From Candidatus Omnitrophota bacterium (GTDB lineage Bacteria; Omnitrophota; Gorgyraeia; Zapsychrales; JANLHA01): a stretch of DNA of 32,000 nucleotides. Under the pieces are notes generated by a model, which saw only the letters and a list, made by a program, of their open reading frames with translations, was not told the origin of the DNA and searched no databases. The position numbers and the translations under genes were made by a program. The DNA lies in contig OY759724.1 of the NCBI GenBank assembly GCA_963662715.1, positions 3,328,634 through 3,360,633 on the forward strand, read 5' to 3'. The first letter of the stretch is position 1, and every line of letters starts with the position of its first letter. Positions 1 through 9,306 of the stretch are shown here, piece by piece.

Positions 1-68
1 ACTGTCCCCGGAGAAAGGACCAGCACCTGCCAAAGAACAAAGATATGAATCATTTTTCTGCGCACCAT
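1..68 (-). CDS. N-terminal fragment (22 codons, MVRRKMIHIFVLWQVLVLSPGT...) of an unidentified ORF that runs off the window start
   Basis: ATG at 68-66 (minus) is preceded by AAGGA at 78-74 with a 5-nt spacer, 17 nt after the stop of the GspF-like gene. The N-terminus is basic and then hydrophobic (signal-peptide or TM-like). It is too short to classify. Confidence 0.2.
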   Translation of the reverse strand, partial: MVRRKMIHIFVLWQVLVLSPGT

Positions 69-85
69 AATCGTCCTTGGAAATT

Positions 86-1297
86 CTATCCGGCAAAAAC
101 ATCCAGCTGAAAAATGGGTAATAACATCGCGATAACAATAAACCCGATAACAGCCCCGATAATAACAATCATAAGCGGTTCCAGCATTGTCGTCATGATC
201 TTAATCTTTTCATTCGTCTCCTGCTCATAATTTTCTGCGATATCCAGCAAAGTTTCCCCTAACAGCCCTGATTCCTCTCCCACACTAATAAGATGACTGA
301 CCATTTCAGGGATCATCGGGGATTCCCCCAGAATTTCCCCAAAAGACCGCCCGGCCACCAACTCTTCCTGACACGTTTTAAGGTGATCCTGAAGGATAGA
401 ATTGCCGGTCACCGGGATGGACAGTTGAAAAGCCCTGACGACAGGGACTCCGCTCTGAATAAGTAAACGCAAGGCCCTGGCAAAACGGGCTATCTCAAGT
501 TTCAGCAGAAAGTCCCCCCAAAAGGGAGTTGCCAGACTCAATTGATTAAGGAATAACCGTCCCGCGGAGGTTCTCGCCCACTGCTTCAACAGGGCCGTCA
601 GAACAATGACCGCCACCCCGCAGAAAAATCCGTACTGCAGCAAGAAATCACTCATATTCATAACCATCAGGGTCGGCGCCGGGAGGGTTTGGTTAAAATT
701 CTCATATAACGCCGTTATTTTCGGCATCACGTACGTTAAGGTGAAAATGATGGACGCGATACCAAAAACAAGCATAAAAAGAGGGTACGCAAGCGCAGAC
801 CGCACTTTTGATAGGATCTCTTCCTGCTGTTTCTGATATTCCGTGATACTCAGCAAAGACTCCTTCAAACGGCCGCTTTCTTCCCCGGCCTTCACGAGAG
901 TGACATATAACGGAGAAAATATTTTGGGATAATCCGCAAAGGATTCTGAAAGCGATTTACCTCCCCGCACCTTCGCCTGAATGGAATCGATGATAAAACG
1001 GGAATACGAATTCTTTGTCTGCTGGCTTAAGACTTCCAAGGCTCTTAAAATCGGGACCCCGGCCTTGATTAAACTGACGAGCTGCTTGCTGAAAAGGTAC
1101 CGCTCCTTTGAGCTGATCCGCCCGAAACGGTACGCCTTGCGGTCCGGCGCCGTTACCGGGGAGATTTCTTCAACGGAGACAGGAACGTAGCCCAGCTGAT
1201 GGACCTTTTCAATAGCGTCTTCCCGGCTTTCCGCTGTCAGACGTCCGACGATTGTCTCAGCGTTTTGTTGTTTGGCTTTATAATGATATTGTGGCAT
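86..1297 (-). CDS. Type II secretion / type IV pilus inner-membrane platform protein (GspF/PilC family)
   Basis: 403 aa, the typical length. Two T2SSF-type repeats are present (FSKQLVSLIKAGVPILRALEVL and FARALRLLIQSGVPVVRAFQL). There are three hydrophobic TM segments, including the hallmark C-terminal LEPLMIVIIGAVIGFIVIAMLLPIFQL. It lies directly downstream of a GspE-family ATPase. ATG with GGAAG upstream. Confidence 0.9.
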   Translation of the reverse strand: MPQYHYKAKQQNAETIVGRLTAESREDAIEKVHQLGYVPVSVEEISPVTAPDRKAYRFGRISSKERYLFSKQLVSLIKAGVPILRALEVLSQQTKNSYSRFIIDSIQAKVRGGKSLSESFADYPKIFSPLYVTLVKAGEESGRLKESLLSITEYQKQQEEILSKVRSALAYPLFMLVFGIASIIFTLTYVMPKITALYENFNQTLPAPTLMVMNMSDFLLQYGFFCGVAVIVLTALLKQWARTSAGRLFLNQLSLATPFWGDFLLKLEIARFARALRLLIQSGVPVVRAFQLSIPVTGNSILQDHLKTCQEELVAGRSFGEILGESPMIPEMVSHLISVGEESGLLGETLLDIAENYEQETNEKIKIMTTMLEPLMIVIIGAVIGFIVIAMLLPIFQLDVFAG

Positions 1298-1331
1298 AAG
1301 CTTCCCTGATCATGATGTCCGGTGAAATTGT

Positions 1332-3548
1332 TTAACTTTCCTGGTTTTGCTGCTTCCCTTTTTTCCGTTGTTCCCGGACAAAATGATTAATATGAACACG
1401 GTCGGCGCTCGAAATATCCAGATAATAAACGACAATGTTAAACATCGCTGAAAGGTTGTCGTCTTCAACACGGCAAACCCGGGCCAGACAATTGACCCGT
1501 TTTTCCGCTCCCGGCAATTGGATGCGAAGGTCAACGATAGCCCCGACCGGGAGCGTGTAGCCGGAGACGAAACGCAGTCCTCCGGCACTGATGTCGCGCG
1601 TCACAGAAGCGTGCTCGACCTGGTCATAAAACAATTTCAACGGGTTTTTCGGATCCTGCCGTACGATCGAGTACCGTATGCTGACCTTCTCCTCGGCCCG
1701 GTCATAAGCGCGTGAATTGTAGTCATCCTTGACCGAAAGGATTTCCTTGTTGATGACCCGGACATTTTCCGGGTTTTTGTTTAACCCTGTGACGATCAGG
1801 CCCTGCGACAAAGCCGGAGCTTCTTCACCTTGACTGAGATCATCTTTCACCGTAACGTTAATGACTTCGCCGGGGGTCGTAATCCCGGCCAGGACTTTTT
1901 GCCACCCATTCTGTCTCAATGTCGTCATACCCCGTTTAACGGCCAGCCGTTTAATCTGATCTGCACGCTGTTTCTCCAGGATGGCGCCACGGATATCTTC
2001 ATCAATAACCAGAATCTCATAAAGAGCCGTGCGGCCGTAATACCCTGTCTGATGACAGAAATCGCATCCCCGTCCCTGAAAAATTTTTATGTGACGCGGG
2101 TCCGTGATCCCCAGGGAAGCAGCCATCTCCTGCCTAATCTCCTGGGGCTGACTCAAATCTTCTTTTTTGCATTGAGGACAGATCGTCCGCACAAGCCGCT
2201 GCGCTATAAAAGCCTCTATGCTGGAAGACACCAGAAACGGCTCCATCCCCATTTCTATAAGCCGGGTGATTCCGCTGGAGGCATCATTGGTATGCAGGGT
2301 CGAAAAAACCAAATGTCCTGTTAAAGCCGTACGGATCGCGATTTCCGCTGTTTCAAGATCCCTGATCTCCCCGACCATGATAATGTCCGGATCATGCCGC
2401 AAAACACTTCTCAATCCCGTGGCAAAATCGAACTCCACCCGGGGATTGATTTGAATTTGCGTAATCCCCTCCATCTCATATTCCAGGGGATCCTCCAGTG
2501 TCACGATCTTTCTGTCGGGGGAATTGATCTCATGAAGACAGGCATAAAGCGTCGTTGTTTTTCCGCTGCCGGTCGGGCCGGTCACTAAAATGATCCCGTG
2601 CGGCCGTTTGACCAGATCACGGAAGACATCCAGGTTTTTCTGATCCAGCCCCAATTTCTCAAGGCTTAACAACATAACATTCGTGGGAAGAATACGGATC
2701 ACCATACTTTCGCCATGAGAAGTCGGGATCGTGGAAATACGAAGATCCAGGGTCTGTTCTTTGGTTCTAACGACCGCGCTGCCGTCCTGAGGAAGCCGTT
2801 TTTCAACAATACTGAGGTTGGCGATGATTTTAATTCTGGATATGATGGACGGCAGAAAACCTTTAACCGCCTGAGGAATATTGGCGTCGAGCAAACGTCC
2901 GTCTATGCGGTAACGCACCCGGACAATATTCCGGTAAGGCTCAATATGAATATCGGTCGCCCTTTTCTTATGGGCTTCCAGGAGAATCTGGTTAACTAAT
3001 CTTGTTATCGTAACTTCATCGGCACCTTCGTCCAGATCCTCAACCGCTGTTTCCGCCTGTCTTGAAGGGGCCGATTCCCTGGACAACCGCTCAAGAGTAT
3101 CAGCCGCCAGGCCGTAATATTTATTCAGAGCGTTCATAACATCAGCTTCCCTGGCAAGAACGATTTTCGGCTCCAAGGACAAATGCACCCGGATTTCATC
3201 CTGGGATTTGACATTCAGAGGATTGGCACAAGCCAAAAGAACGCTTTTGTCCGTTATCTTAACGGGCATAAACTTGTAATACCAGGCGAACCGGACAGGA
3301 ACCCGGGTCAGGACCGTTTGATCGACAGGATAACTCTGCAGGGAAATAATTTCAAGCTGATACAAATCCGAAAGAATCTGCAAAAGCTGATCTTCGGGAA
3401 GGATTTTCTTCTCCACGAGAATATCCTTAAGAGAAACAGGGGAATTCTCAACAGCGCGCAGCTGTTCTTCAACAAGCGCCCCTGTTAACAGGCCTCTTTT
3501 AACAAGTTCTTTAGCGAGTATTTTATCGGATTGCTTCATCGGGAACAC
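1332..3548 (-). CDS. GspE/PilB-family secretion/pilus-assembly ATPase with N-terminal T2SSE_N-like domain and C-terminal PilZ domain
   Basis: 738 aa. Walker A is LVTGPTGSGKTTT (about 2550-2583). Walker B/Asp box is DPDIIMVGEIRD and the His box is TGHLVFSTLHTN. The tetracysteine motif is CPQC...CDFC. The N-terminal helical repeats LAKELVKRGLLTGALVEEQL / LKDILVEKKILPEDQLLQIL are typical of T2SSE_N. The ORF-track start at 3548 is a GTG; an ATG at 3539 (MKQSDK...) is an alternative start. Confidence 0.9.
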   Translation of the reverse strand: MFPMKQSDKILAKELVKRGLLTGALVEEQLRAVENSPVSLKDILVEKKILPEDQLLQILSDLYQLEIISLQSYPVDQTVLTRVPVRFAWYYKFMPVKITDKSVLLACANPLNVKSQDEIRVHLSLEPKIVLAREADVMNALNKYYGLAADTLERLSRESAPSRQAETAVEDLDEGADEVTITRLVNQILLEAHKKRATDIHIEPYRNIVRVRYRIDGRLLDANIPQAVKGFLPSIISRIKIIANLSIVEKRLPQDGSAVVRTKEQTLDLRISTIPTSHGESMVIRILPTNVMLLSLEKLGLDQKNLDVFRDLVKRPHGIILVTGPTGSGKTTTLYACLHEINSPDRKIVTLEDPLEYEMEGITQIQINPRVEFDFATGLRSVLRHDPDIIMVGEIRDLETAEIAIRTALTGHLVFSTLHTNDASSGITRLIEMGMEPFLVSSSIEAFIAQRLVRTICPQCKKEDLSQPQEIRQEMAASLGITDPRHIKIFQGRGCDFCHQTGYYGRTALYEILVIDEDIRGAILEKQRADQIKRLAVKRGMTTLRQNGWQKVLAGITTPGEVINVTVKDDLSQGEEAPALSQGLIVTGLNKNPENVRVINKEILSVKDDYNSRAYDRAEEKVSIRYSIVRQDPKNPLKLFYDQVEHASVTRDISAGGLRFVSGYTLPVGAIVDLRIQLPGAEKRVNCLARVCRVEDDNLSAMFNIVVYYLDISSADRVHINHFVREQRKKGKQQNQES
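1368..1730 (-). other. PilZ-domain coding segment (putative c-di-GMP receptor) forming the C-terminal ~120 aa of the GspE/PilB ATPase
   Basis: RxxxR motif RAYDR (aa 613-617, codon R613 at 1710-1712) is followed 34 residues later by DxSxxG as DISAGG, then beta-rich LRFVSGYTLPVGAIVDLRIQL...ARVCRVE. This spacing and these motifs are canonical for PilZ. Confidence 0.7.
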
Positions 3549-3581
3549 CCCGGTAACCGTCTCTGCAGCAAGACGCCGTTA

Positions 3582-5982
<2,401 letters not shown>

Positions 5983-5994
5983 AGCCTTTCATCC

Positions 5995-6753
5995 TTAACT
6001 CAGGATGCCCTTCTCCAATTTCTCTTTAACCTGTTCCCCGGTGTTATTCAGGGCGCTTTTTAAAGTGCCGTCCAGCGACAGGGTTCCGAATTTGCACAAA
6101 ATACCTCCGATAATACTTTGGTCAACTTTTTTGTCGATCTGCATATCCCTGTTAAGCCGCTTATTTAAAATATCGCGCAATCTCTGTTCCAGTTTTTCAT
6201 CCAAAGGACGGGCCGTCATGATTTCGATGGTGGTCACATCGTCAGCGATCATCCCGGTATCGACATTTTCCATATCATTGAAGAATTCCGAAATAATCGT
6301 CTCATCCAGGGCTTCAAAAGAACGGCTCGTGAAGAATTCTTCCATGAGCAGAATACAGTAATCAATGGCTTGCAGCTTCATCTCCTTTTCCAGTTCCAGC
6401 CGGACCTGGTCTTTCGTGTGATGGGCTTTATTGATAATTTCTTCCGCGTCCTGGCGCGCCTTTTGAATAATCTTCTCCCTTTCCTGGTTCGCTTTCTCCT
6501 CCGCGTCGTCTTTCATCTTAGCCACCAGGGCATCGGCTTCCTTTCTGCGCGTGACCAACTCTTCATTCGCTTCCTTGATTTTGGCATTCAGTTCGGTTTG
6601 TTTATTCCGGACGTCTTCCGTCTCTTTGTTCAGCCGGCCGACAGCCGTTTCCGTGTGCCTTGACATATAACGGATAAAAAAGAACCCCAGCACCCCGGTA
6701 AAAATCATCCCAAAAATCAATGCTTTAATAAGTAACATGGTTGCTTCACCCAT
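5995..6753 (-). CDS. Peripheral-stalk protein: b-like N-terminal TM helix plus charged coiled coil, fused to a delta/OSCP-like C-terminal domain
   Basis: 252 aa. The N-terminal TM is LLIKALIFGMIFTGVLGFFFI, followed by ~110 aa of K/E-rich helix (b-like). The C-terminal IEIMTARPLDEKLEQRLRDILNKRLNRDMQIDKKVDQSIIGGILCKFGTLSLDGTLKSAL matches the conserved delta C-terminal pattern (...V.SA..L....I...L.K.......D.SLIGG....G....DGS....L). Confidence 0.65.
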   Translation of the reverse strand: MGEATMLLIKALIFGMIFTGVLGFFFIRYMSRHTETAVGRLNKETEDVRNKQTELNAKIKEANEELVTRRKEADALVAKMKDDAEEKANQEREKIIQKARQDAEEIINKAHHTKDQVRLELEKEMKLQAIDYCILLMEEFFTSRSFEALDETIISEFFNDMENVDTGMIADDVTTIEIMTARPLDEKLEQRLRDILNKRLNRDMQIDKKVDQSIIGGILCKFGTLSLDGTLKSALNNTGEQVKEKLEKGILS

Positions 6754-6770
6754 AACAATCTCCTCATTGT

Positions 6771-6998
6771 TTATTCAGAAACTAATGCTTTAAAAAATGT
6801 TAATATCAGCGCAAAGGAAACGGTTTCAACAATAACTAGCTTCAGTAAAATACTCATTTGTATAGCCGGTGTCTTGCTGGGGGCCCGGCCTAACCGGTTA
6901 ATAAGCTGCACCCCCACCCAAGCGGCGCCGATACAGGGGATAATAATCAAAATCCAGAAAATGATAATAAAAACCAGGGCAACATTCGCCATAAACAC
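6771..6998 (-). CDS. Divergent F-type ATPase c-subunit paralog (c')
   Basis: 75 aa forming a two-TM hairpin. The polar loop is RLGRAPSK (R-x-P, like the canonical R-Q/N-P). There is a membrane-embedded carboxylate in TM2 (LVIVETVSFALIL). It lies directly downstream of the other c-like gene. Confidence 0.6.
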   Translation of the reverse strand: MFMANVALVFIIIFWILIIIPCIGAAWVGVQLINRLGRAPSKTPAIQMSILLKLVIVETVSFALILTFFKALVSE

Positions 6999-7016
6999 CT
7001 CTTCCGATAATGACTC

Positions 7017-7238
7017 TTACTTTCCAAAAAGCTGAAAAATAACTAATATCGCGATAACGGAAATGGCTTCGACAAAAATAAGCATGACGACCATTCCCAT
7101 AAAAATTTTCGATGCCGCTGAAGGATTCCGGCTCAAAGCCTTAATAACAGCATACCCTAAAACAGCGATAACAATGGAAGGGCCCAAGACAGCGATCAAC
7201 ATAATGGAGACAATTAATAAGGTTTCTGCCCACTGCAC
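7017..7238 (-). CDS. atpE: F-type ATPase c subunit (rotor ring proteolipid)
   Basis: 73 aa forming a two-TM hairpin. The loop is ALSRNPSAAS (R-N-P) and the conserved TM2 carboxylate lies in MLIFVEAISVIAIL. GTG start with AAGGAG 7 nt upstream. Confidence 0.75.
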   Translation of the reverse strand: MQWAETLLIVSIMLIAVLGPSIVIAVLGYAVIKALSRNPSAASKIFMGMVVMLIFVEAISVIAILVIFQLFGK

Positions 7239-7308
7239 AACACAACTCCTTTTTCATCATTGTATTCAGAAAGCACGGATAGTCCGGCTATAACATGTTT
7301 CCTCTCGG

Positions 7309-7641
7309 CTAAAGGTGATGGACTTCATCATCCGAATCCGTAAGGATATCTTGATCTTTCTTCCCTTTCTTTGGACGGAAGCGTTCAATTTCTTCAACAA
7401 GCACAATGCAATCGTTGGCGAAAAACTTAAGAATTCCGAACTTGATAGGCACGGCTTCCCGCCAATTGATGATGATATTACTTTGATTTAAGATTCCCAG
7501 GACCGGATAATGATACGGCAATAATTCGTATTCTCCGGTGTCCCCGGAGAAAAAAACACTTTCAACCTCTCCCTGGTAAAGCAGAGCCTCGGGTGTCATA
7601 ATGGAAATTTTAAATGTCGGACGGTAAGTCGTGCCGGCCAT
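7309..7641 (-). CDS. atpC: F-type ATPase epsilon-like subunit: N-terminal beta-sandwich only, with the C-terminal helical hairpin replaced by a short charged tail
   Basis: 110 aa. ISIMTPEALLYQGEVESVFFSGDTGEYELLPYHYPVLGIL matches the epsilon N-domain pattern (..V.TPE......V..V.....GE.GILP.H.P....L). The last ~25 aa (RPKKGKKDQDILTDSDDEVHHL) are charged and too short for the canonical two-helix domain. Confidence 0.65.
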   Translation of the reverse strand: MAGTTYRPTFKISIMTPEALLYQGEVESVFFSGDTGEYELLPYHYPVLGILNQSNIIINWREAVPIKFGILKFFANDCIVLVEEIERFRPKKGKKDQDILTDSDDEVHHL

Positions 7642-7658
7642 AAGCCCAAGGAATCTCC

Positions 7659-9203
7659 TTATTCTTTTTTCTTTGATGTGGCGCGGTCTAAAACATCAAC
7701 GCCCACATTACTGCTGTCCTCATCTGATTCAAACGACTCTTTCGGCCGTTTCGCGATGAGCTCTTCCAAATACTCGGCCAAAAGGTCATCCAGGATTTTC
7801 TTCATCTCGTCATCCAGATCCCGTTTCGCACGCATTGTTTTTAAAAGTTCTTCATTCTTCCTCTTCACGTAGTCATAAATATCATCCTGAAAAGCGATAA
7901 CTTCTTCAATCATCATCTCATGTAAAACACGCTTATTGTAGGCATAAAGGATAATCACCAAAGACTCCATCGGAACAGGTTTCCCGGGGCCCTGTTTCAG
8001 CAACTCTGTCAAAATGCTCCCGGTCTTTAACTGCTGTTCAGCTTCTTCAGATTGACCGGATGTTTTCAACTTCGAGACACGCAAAACTTCCCGGTACTGC
8101 AGATACTCCAAACGTAAAGGTCCGCTTAACTTCTTGATGATAGGCCACTGGACTTTACTTCCGACCCGGGAAACAGAAAGCCCCAGGTCAACCGCCGGTT
8201 TTTGTCCTTCACCAAAAAGCGGAGCGCTGACCATGATTTGCCCGTCCGTCATAGAGACCAAGTTCGACTGAACGTATCCGGTAAGGTCTCCCTCGAGTGT
8301 TTCGACAATCGGCAAATGCGTCATAGACCCGCCGCCATGGTCTTTCGACAAATATGCTGCTCTTTCAACGAGTTTGGAATGTAGATAGAAAATATCCCCC
8401 GGGTAGGAATCACGGCCCGGAGCGCGTTCCAACAGCAGGGAAATTTCCCGATAGGCCCAGGCATGTTTCGTAAAGTCATCAAAAACGACGAATACATCTT
8501 TCCCCTGGTTCATAAAATATTCTCCGATCGCACAGGCAATGTAGGGGGCGAGGTACAACTGTCCCGGAGGCGCCGCTGCCGTAGCGGAAATAATACATGT
8601 ATACTTAAAACAATCTTTATCTAAAAAAAGCTGAACGACCTTCCCCAAGGAAGATTGGGCCTTACCGATACAGCAATAAACGCAAATAACCCCCGTATGT
8701 CTTTGGTTAATAATCGCATCGGTGCCGATCGTCGTTTTCCCGGTCATTTTATCTCCGAGGATCAACTCCCTCTGCCCAAAACCTATCGGGATCATGGAGT
8801 CAATAACTTTGATCCCCGTTTCAAGTGTTTTTTCCAAGATTCCACGCTGTAAGATGGAAGGGGCATCAATGAAAATCTGAGTATTCTTATTCGGTTTAAG
8901 CGGACCCAGCCCATCCATCGGTTCTCCCAGGGGATTAATGATGCGTCCGATGTAATTATCACCCACAGGAGTCGTAAAAGGCTCCAAAGTCGCCTTGGCT
9001 TTATCCCCGGTTTTTAACTGAGATTGCTGCCGGATGATGAGAACCTGGGCTTCATCCTCAGAAAAACCGATAATAACACCTAACGTGCCATATCCGAAAC
9101 GGATGACCTGACCGTTAATACAGTTCTTAAACCCTTCCACAATAACGATACAGCCCCGAATGACACGGATGGTTCCTTCTTCAGAGTACTTTAAATCACC
9201 CAT
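7659..9203 (-). CDS. atpA: F-type ATPase alpha subunit (N-terminally short, with a ~30-aa acidic C-terminal extension)
   Basis: 514 aa. Motifs: P-loop GDKMTGKTTIGTDAIINQ, DDFTKHAWAYREISLLLERAPGRDSYPGDIFYLHSKLVERAA, LPIVETLEGDLTGYVQSNLVSMTDGQI, and GLSVSRVGSKVQ (Arg-finger region). ATG with AAGGGA 7 nt upstream. Confidence 0.92.
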   Translation of the reverse strand: MGDLKYSEEGTIRVIRGCIVIVEGFKNCINGQVIRFGYGTLGVIIGFSEDEAQVLIIRQQSQLKTGDKAKATLEPFTTPVGDNYIGRIINPLGEPMDGLGPLKPNKNTQIFIDAPSILQRGILEKTLETGIKVIDSMIPIGFGQRELILGDKMTGKTTIGTDAIINQRHTGVICVYCCIGKAQSSLGKVVQLFLDKDCFKYTCIISATAAAPPGQLYLAPYIACAIGEYFMNQGKDVFVVFDDFTKHAWAYREISLLLERAPGRDSYPGDIFYLHSKLVERAAYLSKDHGGGSMTHLPIVETLEGDLTGYVQSNLVSMTDGQIMVSAPLFGEGQKPAVDLGLSVSRVGSKVQWPIIKKLSGPLRLEYLQYREVLRVSKLKTSGQSEEAEQQLKTGSILTELLKQGPGKPVPMESLVIILYAYNKRVLHEMMIEEVIAFQDDIYDYVKRKNEELLKTMRAKRDLDDEMKKILDDLLAEYLEELIAKRPKESFESDEDSSNVGVDVLDRATSKKKE

Positions 9204-9240
9204 TTTGATATCCCTTGTGAATATTCATACTTGATAAAAA

Positions 9241-9270
9241 ATTATAGCAAAAGGTGTGGCTGAAATCGAA
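9241..9270 (-). promoter_or_regulatory. Candidate sigma70-type promoter (extended -10) for the ATPase module
   Basis: The minus strand reads ttcgatt-N-tTGcTATAAT. A perfect TATAAT sits at 9246-9241 with an upstream TG at 9249-9248, a weak -35 (TCGATT at 9269-9264, 17-nt spacer) and an AT-rich upstream tract. It lies in the largest intergenic gap (103 nt), ~38 nt upstream of the alpha ATG. The host sigma consensus is unknown. Confidence 0.3.
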
Positions 9271-9306
9271 AACAAATTCATTATTTTTCCGTCGACTAAT
9301 CATCAT

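Noticed and set aside
1-68. The truncated downstream ORF as a prepilin or pseudopilin, as might be expected after GspE/GspF
   Set aside because: The visible N-terminus (MVRRKMIHIFVLWQVLVLSPGT) lacks the G-F/M-T-L-I-E prepilin cleavage motif. 22 residues are too few to assign any family.
1310-1588. A 92-aa minus-strand ORF overlapping the 3' end of the GspE/PilB gene
   Set aside because: It lies out of frame inside the well-supported PilZ-coding region. Its sequence is low-complexity and Arg/Ser-rich with no motif support.
9204-9306. A Rho-independent terminator after the 460-aa gene
   Set aside because: Only a weak A/U-rich 5-6-bp pairing (GGAAAA...TTTTCG) is present. There is no GC-rich stem followed by a U-tract.
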